NCBI GenBank assembly: GCA_038087875.1
Contig: CM075989.1
Span: forward strand, 1,736,001 to 1,800,000
DNA length: 64,000 bases
Source: Malacoraja senta
Taxonomy: Eukaryota
Direction of reading: 5' to 3'
Each line of letters starts with the position of its first letter. The stretch's first letter is position 1. A model generated the notes under the pieces. The model searched no databases, had not been told where the DNA came from, and saw only the letters and a program-made list of their open reading frames with translations. The position numbers were made by a program, and so were the translations under genes. Positions 24,778 to 38,029 of the stretch are shown here, piece by piece.

Positions 24778-25060
24778 GGTGGCACAGCAGCAGAGGAGCG
24801 AGACCCAGGTTTGATCCTGACTAGGGTTGCTTGTCTGTACGGAGTTCGTATGATCTCCCTGTGACCGCGTGTGTTTTCTTCGAGATCTGCATCCTCCCAT
24901 ACTCCAAAGACATACAGGTTTGTAGGTTAATTGGCTTGGTTTTAGTGTACATTTTCCCCTAGAGTGTAGGGTCGTGTTAGTGTGCGGGGATCGCTGATCG
25001 GTACGGACTTGGTGGGCCGAAGGGCCTGTTCCATGTGTACCTCCAAACGAAACTAAAAAA
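24778..25060 (+). mobile_element. HE1-like tRNA-derived V-SINE
   Basis: Degenerate A/B boxes, V-core-like centre, CR1-like tail GGGCCGAAGGGCCTGTT. Confidence 0.8.
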
Positions 25061-25409
25061 AATACAATGTGCTGGAGTAATTCATCCAGTCAGGCAGCAC
25101 AGGACCCGAAACAACACCTATCCATGTTCTCCACAGATGCTGCCTGACCTGCTGAGTTACTCCAGCACTTTGTGTTTTGCTCAAGATTCCAGCATCTGCA
25201 GTTCCTTGTTTCTCCTTCAATCACCAAGCTGGTTATTTCCTTGCTGCATTATACATAAACCTCTTTGACAGTGATACAGAAATTGCTATTGAATCCGTGC
25301 CTTCAAATGTCAATGAATGCTCTAAAATACATGGTCTTATTCAGAGGCAGAGGAAGGGCTTCACTCAATAGTCCAAAACCAGCTGTGAGAAAGATTGCAG
25401 GACCAGGGC

Positions 25410-25900
25410 AAATAATCAGCTTTAGAAGATCTGAGTTAGGCTGCACTTGAAGTATTGTGGTTGTTCTGGTCAGCACATTGCACAAAGCATGTGGAGGCTT
25501 TGGAGAGGGTTCAGAGGAGGTTTACCAGAATTCGGGAGTATTTGCTACAGGGAGAGGTTGGGCTGACTTGGATCATTTTCTCTGGAATGCTGGAGGTTGC
25601 GGGAAGATGTGATAGAACTATATAAACCAATGAGAGGCATAGATACGGTAGATAGTCAGAACCTTTCTCCCAGGATTGAAACATCAAATATTTTAAGGTG
25701 AGAGGGGCAAAGTTTAAAGGACATGTGTGGGGCAAGTTTTATATACAAAGGATGGTGAGTGCCTGGAATTTGCTGCTGGAGGTGGTGGTTGAAATAGATG
25801 CATTTAGATAGGCATGTGGATATGCAGGGAATGGGCGGATATGGGTTATGTGCAGGTAGATAAGTGATGATCTTGGCATTATGCTCATCACAGACATTGT
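25410..25900 (+). mobile_element. CR1 LINE 3' fragment
   Basis: Homologous to 22768-23435 on the opposite strand. Confidence 0.8.
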
Positions 25901-25902
25901 AC

Positions 25903-26190
25903 TTTTAGTTTAGTTTAGAGATACAGCGTGAAAACAAGCCCTTTGGCCCACCGAGTCCGCGCCGACCAGCAATCCCCGCTAGGGACAATTTTACATTTAT
26001 ACCAATCCAATTAACCTGCAAACCTGTACGTCTTTGGAGTGGGGGAGGAAACTGGAGATCTCGGAGAAAACCCACGCAGGTCACGGGGGAGAACGTACAA
26101 ACTCCGTACAGACAGCACCCGTAGTTAGGATTGAACCCGGGTGTCTGGCGCTGTGAGGCAGCAACTCTACCGCTGCGCCACCGTGCCACG
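25903..26190 (-). mobile_element. HE1-like V-SINE
   Basis: GGCACGGTGGCGCAGCGG A box, GGTTCAATCC B box, (CTAAA)n tail. Confidence 0.9.
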
Positions 26191-26876
26191 TTCTTGTGCT
26201 GTGCTGTGCTAAGTTGTGTGTTCTATGATATTTGATTTAACACTCAGCCACAATGTCTGTTGACAGGGAAATAGAGCCAACATTTCAATTAATGACCTTT
26301 CCCCTGAATCGGCCCATTTCTGAGCCACCATCAACAAAACATAAAGAAGACTATTCAATAGATTTCATGTTGGAAGCAATTGTACTGAGAGCGAATTCTG
26401 CTGTGGCCATAATACACCGAGTCCTCCAATCTGTACGTGATCATGACATGAAGCATCAAAACCCTGACCATCCATGGCATCTTGTGTCAGACGTCTACCT
26501 GAGTTATACGGCAAAGGGTGAAACCTCTGAGTGAATGATTCCTTTATTGTCACATGTGACAAGTCAGTGATGATCTCTGTTTTGTGTACCCTAGGTATGC
26601 AAAGAGTCGCCACATAAAAGGTGTCGACAAGGTTACAAAGTATCACCAGGTCCTCCTTTGTTCTCCCCCTCCCCCCTCACACTCTCGCCCCCCCCCCACA
26701 AAGGTTCCCCCACGCCAGCTCCTCCTTTGTTCCCTACAGCGCGTCCTATGGCTGCCACGTGGCCTGGCCTCGACTGCCAGCACCCTCAGTGACCGCCACG
26801 ATCCTCCTCAGCGATCGCCAACTCGACCTTCTCGACGACCGCCGCCGAGTGCCCTCCTGATGCCTCCAGAGTCTGG

Positions 26877-27175
26877 TTTATTTATTTATTCATTGTTTAT
26901 TAAAACCAAAAATAATTTATTCAACTATTCACAACAATATGTACAATACTAAATTATTCAAAAACAAATACAACACAATACAAGTTTTAAAAAATCCTTA
27001 AACAATCTATATTACAATCCTTGTCAAGGATGCATGCCCAGCGATCGCGGACATCCCGTGGACTGTGCGTAGTCCCTCTCTAGTACCACCCGGGCACGAA
27101 CTTAACCCCGGAAAAGTGGCAGTCAGCCAGCTCGGGCAGAGCCCTCTTCCGCCTGGCGCCGTGATTCTCTGGCCG
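26877..27175 (-). mobile_element. Tx1/L1-clade LINE 3' fragment
   Basis: ESRRQAEEGSARAG.LPLFRG.VRARVVLERDYA-like C-terminus; (AATA)n tail. Confidence 0.65.
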
Positions 27176-28019
27176 CCATAGGCTCCGTCGACTCAGAGTC
27201 CTGCTGGGGCAGTGTGTGAGAGAGCACCATGGACAGCAAGGTGTGTTCAGTATCACAGCAGCGATCTGCTGACATGAAGCAGGATATAGAGTAAGGTAGA
27301 CACAAAATGCTGGAGTAACTCAGCGGGACAGCAGCGTCTCTGGAGACGTTTCGGGTCGAGACCCTTCTTCAGATATACAGTCTCCTTCTACGTTGCAAAT
27401 GTATTGGTTCCCAGAACTGTTCAATTCCAAGCAGCATCTTTTGATTCTCATCCCTAGTAAATCCTCACAGTTATTACTTCCAAAATATTCAACGTTATTG
27501 AAATATACTAATAGCCTGACTAATACGAGCTTCTCTAGCATCAAGGGCTTAGCCTCCGATCCACCAGCAATGTTTAATTTATATAAAATATAATGAAATA
27601 TTTGACACAAAGCTGAGTTGCTGTTTATTTAAACCACTGCAGATTTACACCAATGCTCAAATCTTCCAAGAGAAAATAATGAAAGACTGAGTTACAGTCG
27701 GGAGTGGCAGTATATTGTTAGGCAATGGGTCCCCTATTCTAGGAGCCACATATTCCCTTTGACAGCCACCTTTACTTCTCTATCTCTCCTTGTTGGAATA
27801 CATAAAGTACAAAACAATATGATTTGTTGTGGTTGCCTTTAACATTTCCTGCTTGCAGCCTCTCTCTTCCTAGCCCCCCCCCCCCCTACACCTCCTCCAT
27901 TTTGTTTTAGTTTTTCTAAGGTTGGTGTTTCTGCTTTCTCCTCTTGCTCAAAATTGCTTAAAATTTAAATCCTACTTTTGCATGTCTTTATAACTCCTTA
28001 CCAATCTTAAGAGTCATAA

Positions 28020-28305
28020 AGGCGGTGCAGCGGCCTTACAGTTGCTGCCTCACAGCACCACAGACCCAGGTTCGATCCTGACTACGGGTGCTGCCTGTAC
28101 AGAGTTTGTACGTTCTCCCTGTGACAGCGTAGGTTTCCTCCAGGAGCTCCGGTTTCTTCCCACACTCCACAGATGTGCAGGTTTGTAGGTTAATTGGCTT
28201 CTGTAAATTGTCCCCAGTATGTAGGATGGAACTAGTGTACGAACTGTTCGCTGGTCGCTGTGGACTCGTTGGGCCAAAGGGTTTATTTCCATGCTGTATC
28301 GCTTA
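28020..28305 (+). mobile_element. HE1-like V-SINE
   Basis: GGTTCGATCC B box, GCTCCGGTTTCTTCCCAC core. Confidence 0.88.
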
Positions 28306-28635
28306 GATAAAGCTGGGAAACAGACCCTTCAGCCCAACATATCCATGCAGACCAACATGCCCCATCTAAACTAGTTCCATCTGACCTCAGGGGTCATATC
28401 CCTCTCAACCTTTTCTGAATCTTCCATTCATCCTGTAGTTTACACCTTTAAGAGTGACCATGTTGTCAGCTGAGCAATGCTCCACTTGCCCTGAACATTG
28501 GGGCAGAACTAGAGTGATACAGTGTGGAAACAGGCCCTTCAGCCCAACTTGCCCACCCCAGCTAACATGTCCCAGCTACACTAATCCCACCTGCCCGCGT
28601 TTGTCCCATTGCCCTCCAAACCTGTCCTACCCAGT

Positions 28636-28664
28636 CTGAAGAAGGGTTTCGGCCCAAAACGTTG
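28636..28664 (+). ncRNA. Minimal type-I hammerhead ribozyme motif in the 5' PLE repeat (GAAA mutated to AAAA)
   Basis: CTGAAGA-A-GGGTT/TC/GGCCC-AAAACGTT. Confidence 0.6.
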
Positions 28665-28798
28665 CCTATTTCCTTTGGTCCATAGATGCTGCTGCACCCG
28701 CTGAGTTTCTCCAGCATTTTTGTGTACCTTCGATTTTCCAGCATCTGCAATTCCTTCTTTAACACTTTGTCTACTCCACTGCGACATCTCCTCAAGGT

Positions 28799-31700
28799 AT
28801 GCCTACTTTGAAGAAGTTCTCCTCCTCTCTCCGGAGACTGTTCCTCAACCACCTCTCTAACTGCCCCATCTCTGTGATCCCCCCTGCCCTCCTACTCTAC
28901 GACCACATCCTTACCCAAACTCGATATCACAGCCACATCTGCTTCCTCGGGGCATGCCTGCGCCTCCATCTCATACCTCATGGCTTCCAGCTCCAGTTCC
29001 CTACTTCCCAGTTCGGACCCCAGCCGGACTATCGGTACCGACTGGCTATCTACTGGCATACCCAACAATTCTCCACCCGGGCACTGAGATCCACACAGAC
29101 TGCGATGCGCCGGCACCAGCAGGACCTCGCATTGACCCTCCCGGAACTTCGGGCCTCACTCACCCAGACCTGCAACGGACCACAACTGTACTTTATCCGC
29201 CGGAAGATCCACCTCTTCAATAAAAGATTCCTGGCCCACCTCAACTCCACCAAGGACCTTAAATTAGCCCGCCTCCAGGCCGCTCCCACCGCCAACACTC
29301 CGCGACTCGACCGCCCGCAGGCTCCGGGCCCCAACTCCGGCCCGCATCGCCTGCCCCAGTCCCGCGACGCCATCTTGTCCACGGGGAGCGCCTCCAGTAC
29401 TCACCAGGACGCCATCTTGTCCACGGGGAGCGCCTCCAGTACTCACCAGGACGCCATCTTGTCCACGGGGAGCGCCTCCAGTACTCACCAGGACGCCATC
29501 TTGTCCACGGGGAGCGCCTCCAGTACTCACCAGGACGCCATCTTGTCCACGGGGAGCGCCTCCAGTACTCACCTGGACGCCGCCTTCACCGACCTCCACG
29601 TCGATGCTGCCGCCGACCTTCACCTGCATACCAATGACGCCCAGCCTCGCCGCTTCTACGGTAACTCAGACTTCCTCCCCCTCGCCGATTCCTCCGAACC
29701 TCGCCGCCCCCCGGGACCTCCCAACATCATCGCCGCACTGGGCCCGCCGAACATCACAGCCGCACCCGGTCCTCCCAACATCGTCGCCGCACCGGGCCCT
29801 TCCAGCATCGCCGCCGGACCGGACCTACTCTACACGACCGCCGGACCGGGGCTCCCCGAACATGGCCGCCGCACCGCACCCTACACACCCCGTCGCCTCA
29901 CCGGGCTGGTCGAACCGCGCCGCCCCACCGACCATCGGCCCACCGGGACCTCCCACGCATCGCCCGTGAACCCCGACCATCGGGTCCGCCGACCCTCGCC
30001 ACTGCACGTCCCTCCAGCAGCCCGCAGCCGTCGCCTCGCCTGCAGAATGAACTCTGTACTGGGCCTGAAGCCTCCACGCTGCTCACTCCCACTCTCCTGG
30101 GTTTGACTCCACTGGGTCCTAGCGCTAGTCTGCCTATTCCTGGTTACCTCAGTGTTAGTTCCATTGATTCTTCCCCATCCTTCTCCAACTATGGGACCCC
30201 TTCTCTTCCCCACCCACACTACAGCCCTCTCACCCCCCACCCCCTGACCACCCACCACCCACCACCCCCCCACCACACATCGCCTCGTCCCCATTCCACC
30301 CACCTGCCTTCCTCCAGCCCCAACCCCCATCCCTGCTGGGTGTTCACCATCCCCCCCGACCTCCCCCTCTCCGACATCAAACGGTCTGTCCTCAGCAGAG
30401 GTCTTACCTTTGACCCCCTCCGTCCCCACCTCAATGAGTTCCATGCCCTCCATGACTTGGAACGCTTCTACCGTCGCCTCCGCCTCACAGCGCACTTCCC
30501 TCGTAGCCTTCCGGCTTTAGAACTCTTCATCAAAAACTGCCACCGTGACATCAACCGCCTTAACTTCTCCACTCCCCTGTCTCACTCCAATCTCTCCCCC
30601 CTTGAACGCACTGCCATCGACTCACTCCGCAACAACCTAGATTGGGTTATCAAACCCGCCGACAAGGGAGGTGCCGTGGTAGTCTGGCGCGTCGATCTCT
30701 ACAAAGCTGAGGCCACGCGCCAACTCTCGGACACCTCCTCCTACATACCTTTGGACCATGACCCCACTGACGAGCACCAGGCCACCATCTCCAGCACCAT
30801 CACCAACTTCATCCACTCCCACGCCCTGCCCGAACGAGCCTCCAACCTCATCGTTCCCCAGCCCCGCACAGCCCGCTTTTACCTTCTCCCCAAAATCCAC
30901 AAACCTGACTGTCCCGGTAGACCCATTGTCTCTGCCTGTTCTTGCCCCACCGAACTCATCTCTGCCTACCTCGACTCCATACTATCCCCCTTGGTTAAAT
31001 CCCTCCCCACCTATGTTCAAGACACCTCAGACACTCTCCGTCATCTCCGCGCATTCCACTCTCTAGGCCCTCACCCCCTCATCTTCACCATGGACGTCCA
31101 GTCATTGTACACCTCCATCCCCCACCAGGATGGTCTCGAAGCCCTCCGTTTTTTCCTCGACCGAAGAAGCAACCTATACCCGGCCACTGACACCCTCCTC
31201 CGCCTAGCGGAGCTGGTCCTTACCCTCAATAACTTCTTATTTGACTCCTCCCATTTCCTCCAAATACAAGGCATAGCTATGGGCACACGCATGGGCCCCA
31301 GCTACGCCTGCCTCTTTGTCGGGTACGTAGAACAATCCTTGTTCAATACGTACCAGGGCCCCATCCCCGACCTCTACCTCCGCTACATCGACGACTGTTT
31401 GGTGCCACCTCCTGCACCCACACACAACTGACTGACTTCATCCGCTTCACCACCAACTTCCATCCGGCACTCAAATACACCTGGACCATTTCCGACACTT
31501 CCCTACCATTCCTTGACCTCACTATCTCCATCGCAGGTGATAGACTTCATACCGACATACACTACAAACCTACTGACTCCCATGGCTATCTGGACTACAC
31601 TTGTTCCCACCCTGCTTCCTGTAAGGACTCCATCCCCCACTCTCAATTCCTCCGTCTACGCCGCATCTGCTCCCAGGATGAGGCGTTCCACACCAGGGCA

Positions 31701-32447
31701 TCCAAAATGTCCTCATTCTTCAGGGAACGGGGGTTCCCCTCCTCCACCATAGATGAGGCTTGCACCAGGGTCTCTGCCATACCCCGCAACACTGCTCTCT
31801 CTTCCCATCCCCCCACTCACAACAAGGGCAGAGTCCCCCTAGTCCTCACCTTTCATCCCACCATCCGTCACATACAACAATTGATCCTCCGTCAGTTTCG
31901 CCACCTCCAACGTGACCCCACCACTCACCACATCTTCCCATCTCCCCCCATGTCTGCCTTCCGCAAAGACCGCTCCCTCCGTAACTCCCTTGTCAATTCT
32001 TCCCTTCCCTCCCGTACCACCCCCTCCACGGGTACTTTCCCATGCAACCGCAAGAGATGCAACACTTGTCCCTTCACCTCCCCCCTCGATTCCATTCAAG
32101 GACCCAAGCAGTCGTTCCAGGTGCGACAGAGGTTCACCTGCATCTCCTCCAACCTCATCTATTGCATCCGCTGCTCTAGATGTCAGCTGATCTACATCGG
32201 TGAGACCAAGCGGAGGCTTGGTGATCGTTTCGCTGAACACCTTCGGTCGGTCCGCAATAACCTACCTGACCTCCCGGTGGCTCAGCACTTCAACTCCCCC
32301 TCCCATTCCGTATCTGACCTCTCTGTCCTGGGTCTCCTCCATGGCCACAGCGAGCAACACTGGAAATTGGAGGAAATGCACCTCATATTCCGCTTGGGCA
32401 GTCTACACCCTGGGGGCATGAACATTGAATTCTCCCAACTCTGCTAG
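28799..32447 (+). pseudogene. PLE polyprotein: N-terminal domain, RT, Cys linker, GIY-YIG endonuclease (frameshifted)
   Basis: HICFLGAC..LIPHG; KPADKGG, LPKIHK, DVQSLYTSIP, GIAMG, RYIDD; FPCNRKRCNTC; LIYCIRC..C..IYIGET; EEMHLIFRL. Confidence 0.93.
29366..29575 (+). repeat. 42-bp coding tandem repeat, 5 copies (DAILSTGSASSTHQ)
   Basis: Near-perfect GACGCCATCTTGTCCACGGGGAGCGCCTCCAGTACTCACCAG units. Confidence 0.97.
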
Positions 32448-32565
32448 CCCTTGCTGTCCCCTCCCCTTCATCAGCCCTCTGGTTGTCTCCTCCCATCCCC
32501 CAGCCCTCGGGCTCCTCCTCCGCCTTTTTTCCTTTTTTCCTTTCTTCTCCCCACCCCCTATCCGT

Positions 32566-32593
32566 CTGAAGAAGGGTTTCGACCCGAAACGTT
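32566..32593 (+). ncRNA. Minimal type-I hammerhead ribozyme motif in the 3' PLE repeat
   Basis: CTGAAGA-A-GGGTT/TC/GACCC-GAAACGTT; PLEs are known to carry such minimal hammerheads. Confidence 0.72.
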
Positions 32594-35500
32594 GCCTATT
32601 ACCTTCACTCCATAGATGCTGCTGCACCCGCTGAGTTTCTCCAGCATTTTTGTGTACCTACCATGTACCTGTCTGTTTCTTAAACATTGGGATAGTCCCT
32701 GCCTCAACTACCTCCTCTGGCAGCTCGTCCCATACAGCCACCACCCTGCATCTGAAACTTTCCCAGTAATCTCATATATTCCACAATATCAGTTTGACAT
32801 TCCCTTATCCTGGCTGGATTCTGGACGGTGAAAGGGATTTCTTCAGCTGGACAGACAGATGGATGTGGAGTTAGATTCTCCAGCGATTGCGATTTATCCA
32901 CGGGGAATTCTACCACTGTTCCTCCACCTGGTACGTTCAGTGAGTTCACATGTGTGCTGCTTTTGGTGCTGGGCTTGATGTTGTGTAGAGAATATCTGAC
33001 AGATCCTCAATCACCATCCTTCCAACTGGCCTTCCCCCCCCCGCTCACAGTCAGCATTACGTCTTTGCCATTTCTCATGCTCAAATCCCATGCAATTGCT
33101 TTTGATGAAAGATGACCAAATTATGGTAGATGGCTCAGCCATTCCCCAGATCATTTAAAGGTGAATTCTGCAGTTTGTGATGGAACGGTGCAGCAGTGGT
33201 GAGCTTGTTGGAAGAAGAGCCAGTGTTCTGGAACGTCGATACAGAGATTCATTCAAATCCCACCGTGACAAAGGAGGGAATTTAACTTCAAATATTGACA
33301 TCAATCTGGATTTTAAACAAAAGTCAGTCTGAACAACATTAACAATTCTGGATTGTTGCAAGATCTCATCGTTCACTCATGTCCTTCATGGAAGTTGAAT
33401 GAATTTAATGAATGAATCAATGACACTTTATTGTTACACTGATATTCTTTACTTTGCATATACAAGGTATGCAAAGATGCACCACACAAAGGGTGCCAAC
33501 AAAGTTACAAAGTATCCCGCACCAGGTCCTTCTTTATTTCCCCCCTCCCTCACGTTGGTTCCCCACACCAGGTCCTCCATTCTTCCCCACCTTTGTTCTC
33601 CTAAATTCTCCTTTGTTCTACATTGATCCTTCCTTACATGGTGTGGCCTATACACCGAATCCTCTCAGCCCGGGGAGTGGAGGATGCAGATTGCCTGTCT
33701 ACACCCAGTACACAGGAATTGCTTCCATAAAATCACATGGTGAGATTCTCTTCATAACTAACTCTAAGCATCTTGTTATCCTTATTAGAGTAAACTGTAA
33801 TAATGCAAAATACAGCAAAACTCAACCAAATAGATGAATGTACTCACAAACAAATAGACGTAAACACTAGTGCATGCACGGACACCATACCCCGACACTG
33901 CTGGCCATTGGGAGTTGACGGAGGAACGCTAGAATACAGGTGGAGGGCGATGTCGAAACGTTCTTCCACTCAAGAAGATGATTGACCTTGACCTCAGCTC
34001 CACTGAATGAATGCCACTTTATTACCACATGTGACAAGTCACAGTGAGATTTTTGTTTTGCTTACACAAGGTACGTAAGGAGTTACAAACAAATTCCATT
34101 TAGTCCCCACTGGCCCCCTTTGTTCACGGCGGCCGTCTGATCTCCGACACCCTCCGCTGACCCGTCCTCGACCGCGGGCCCCTTCCTCGACCGCGGGCAC
34201 CCGTGACCCCGACCCCGACCACCAACAAGTCCTCTCCTGACGGCTCTGTGACGCTGACCCCGAGTCCGGCCGCGGGGCCCCGATGCCCAGCTTCACCGCG
34301 GGCTCTTGGGAGCGTGTACCATCCATGGCCTCATCCCCACTGCTCTACATAATCCATGGCTCCCCCATAGTCCAAACTATCACCTCTCCAGGCCTTGAAT
34401 ATATTTGATAACTCAACTTCCTTGAGCAAGTGGGGTAGTAAAGTCCAAAGGTTAATAACATGGGGAGAAGAATTTCCACCTCATTGCTGCCTTCATTGTA
34501 GACCCCAACTGTCTGAATGCAAGCCTAGTTCATGGTGGGGGTGGGGGTGGGGGGGGTGGGTGGGGGATGGAGGGGGGGGACAGGGGGTGGGAGGGGATGA
34601 GAGGTGGGGGGTTGGTAGGGAGAGGGGAACATTACCTCAATCTCTGACCTGACATGGACCCACAGAATCTTGAATGATTCCAAACAGTGCAGTAAATACT
34701 CCCACGTACGTTACGCCACTGCGTGAATTCATAAGCATGGAGCTCTCCTCCTCCTGCCTTCCTGTATTCAACACATATGTACTGTTCACACTTTGTGGAA
34801 AATGGCAGAGTAGTACCAGAGGCCACAGCCTCAGAATAAAAGGACATACCGTTAGAAAGGAGATGAGAGGGTGGTGATTCTGTGGAGGCCAAGTCAATGG
34901 GTATTCTTCAGGGAGTGATTGACAGATTCTTGATTGGTTTGGATGTCAGGGGTTATGGGGAGAAGGCAGGGGAATGGGTTTGAGAGGGAAAGATAGATCA
35001 GCCAAATTGAATGACAGAATAGACTTGATGGGCCGAATGGCTTAATCCTGCTCCTAGAAGATTAATTTATGAACTTATGAACATCCATCCTCATATTCCG
35101 TCTGGGCAGCTTCTGTTTATTCTCGCTTGCCCTCTTCCCTTTTGCCCATCTAGATTTGAACCATTTCTCCCATTATCCCACCTTCCTTTACCCAGCCCAC
35201 CATCTCCTTCCACCTAGATCCCCTCTTCTGGCTTCACAATGCATGTCTCTTCTCTCCTTATCTCACAGCCTAATGTCTCCTTCTCATCTGGGGCCTTTAT
35301 CCACCCATCTGCTAATCAAACCCTCTCACCTGTATCCACCTATCACTTGCCAGGCTTTGTCCCGCCCCAAACTCTCTTCCATCTTTCTTCCCTTCACTGC
35401 CCCCATGATTAGTCAGAAGAAGGGTCCCAATCGATACGGTCTATTCATAGATCCTCCAGAGATGCTGCCTGACCCACAGTTACTCCAGCACGTTGTGCTT

Positions 35501-36137
35501 TCTGCACAAGAATCCATCATCTGCAGGTTTTTGTGTCTGCTGCATCAAACCTCAAAAGGGCATAGGTTTACCTGCTCAAATACCCCAGCAATCAGCTCGT
35601 GAACCCTCTCTGAACTATTCCAAACAATGACACCAGAATTATGACCAGGATTGCAGTTGTGGTACCACCAAAGCCCTGTACAGGTGCTGCTAAAATTCCC
35701 TCTTTATATATTCTGGCCCCTTGTGATTAATAATTCTACCGGCCCACCTACTTACCTGCTGAGTGAGGTGTTCACTGAGGGCGCTGGAGTGCATGATGAC
35801 CCACCTGTGAAGTGGGCCAATGTTCAAAACCTGTGGGGTTGGTTGGGCATCACTAAAGCTTGGGGCAGCGCAGGTTTGTGTTCCCACGGTTACATCCAAC
35901 ACGCTCCACAGAAATCAATTTTGTTCCTTGCTTTTCTCTATTTACAGCACAAATCAGATCAGACAGAAATGAGAGGTAATCGTGGAGAATTGTGTCCCTT
36001 GCTTTCTTCACCGTGGCTCTGCTTATCAGTGCACGGATCAAATGACCAAGCTCAAAGCAACACTGACGGGACAAGAACAAGAATCAATCCATGTGTTACT
36101 CCAGGTGTCAGGTAGTGTCCTGTATGCCATCTGGCAA

Positions 36138-36805
36138 TCTTAGGACCCGACAGTCCTTTCAGGTGAGGTAGAGGTTCACTTGCACCTCCTCCAACCTCAT
36201 TTACTGTATCCGCTGTTCCAGGTGAGGTCTCCTATATATCGGAGAGACCAAGCGCAGACTGGGCGATCGTTTCACTGAACACCTTCGCTCAGTCTGCCTT
36301 GGCCTACACGATCTCCTGTTTGCCAAACACTTTAACTCCCCCTCCCATTCCCACACTGACCTTCCTGGCCTGGGCCTCCTCCATTATCAGAGTGAGGCTA
36401 AATGCAAATTGGAGGAACAGCACCTCATATTTCGCTTGGGCAACTTACACCCCAGCGGTATGAATATTAACTTCTCTGATTTCAAATAACTCTTGCTTTC
36501 CCTCTCTTTCCATCCCCCCCACCCTAGTTCTATTACTAGTTTCATGGAGCTCCTGATTAGTTTTACTGTTTGTATGCCTCCTTGTCACCTTCCCTTCAGC
36601 TAACAATGAACCATTCTACATTTCCTTCATCTGCTTTGATCTGTTCTTTTCACACCTTACACGTGCTTTGCACCCTTCCATATCTCGTTGCCCTCTCCCG
36701 TGACTCTCAGTCTAAAGAAGGGACTCGACCCGAAACGTCACCCATTCCTTCTCTCCAGAGATGCTGCCTGTCCCGATGAGTTACTCCAGCATTTTGTGTC
36801 TATCT
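36138..36805 (+). mobile_element. 5'-truncated PLE (GIY-YIG and 3'UTR) with 8-bp TSD
   Basis: Homologous to 32100-32447; TCTGGCAA at 36130-36137 and 36806-36813. Confidence 0.9.
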
Positions 36806-37526
36806 TCTGGCAAACTGACGGACTATCCCTTCCTTCGTGGAACCTGTCTGTGTTGACGGTGTTACAGAGGCAGGCCGTCTGATCTCACTCAAACTCACTC
36901 GAACCTGCTCCTGAGGGAGGCATCTGAGAAGAAACTCTCTCTTGGATATATCCCAAGCATTATTGTCAGAGCATTGATAATTTCCACAGAGGGACTTTAT
37001 GCAACAGCTGTACAAGATGTTGCTGAGGCCACACTTGGAGAACTATGTGTAGCAAAGAACTGCAGGTGCTGGTTTAAATCGAAGGTAGACACAAAATGCT
37101 GGAGTAAATTCTGACTACATTTTATCTCTGTACTGCCTACTCCCTTGACATCAGTCTGAAAAGGGTCGCAACCCGAAATGTCACCCATTCCTTCTCTCCA
37201 GAGATGCTGCCTGTCCCGCTGAGTTACTTGAGCATTTTGTGTCTTCCTTGGGGAACTATGTTCACTTATGATCACCCTGTTATAGGAAGGGTGCCATTAA
37301 GTTGAAAAAGAGTGCAGAGAAGTTCGAGAATGTTGCCAAGACCTCAGGATCTGAGCTATAGGGAGAGGATGGGCAGCCTAGGACTTTAGTCTTTGGAGCA
37401 CACAGAGCTGTGATCTTATTGAGATGTATAAGAACATCAGGGTGAATTTATAACATCTTTTACCCAGGACAGGGGAATCAAGAACCAGAGGACATAAGTT
37501 TGTGTGAGGGCAAGATTTAATAAGAA

Positions 37527-37997
37527 TTAGACTAAGTGGGACCCGTTGGGTCCCAGCATCACACGGGAGGGCTGGTCCCCCAATGCAATATTCCACCTCT
37601 CCACCAATTCCAATATACACACGCACACACACACACTCTCACACATACATACACTCACACTCTCACACTCTCACACTCTCACACTCTCACACTCTCACAC
37701 ACATACACTCACACTCTCACACACATACACTCACACTCTCACACACATACATTTACACACACACACAGACTCACACACACACACATACACTCACACTCTC
37801 ACACTCTCACACTCTCACACTCTCACACTCTCACACACATACACTCACACACACACACACATACATTTACACACACACACATACACTCACACACACACAC
37901 ACATACACTCACACACACACAGACTCACACACACACAGACTCACACTCACACACACACAGACTCACACTCACACACACACTCGCACACCCACACTCG

Positions 37998-38029
<32 letters not shown>

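Larger units (their letters stand above)
28634..32659 (+). mobile_element. Full-length Penelope-like element (Neptune type) with direct terminal repeats, inserted in a CR1 3' end
   Basis: Direct repeats of about 96 nt (28634-28729, 32564-32659); flanks rejoin as a minus-strand CR1 tail. Confidence 0.93.

Noticed and set aside
25903..26190. tRNA gene
   Set aside because: A/B boxes belong to the SINE head; followed by SINE core and LINE-like tail
29366..29575. CRISPR-like regular repeat
   Set aside because: No spacers; in-frame tandem repeat inside a eukaryotic retroelement
29050..30495. Antisense ORFs over the PLE
   Set aside because: GC-rich shadow frames with no recognisable motifs
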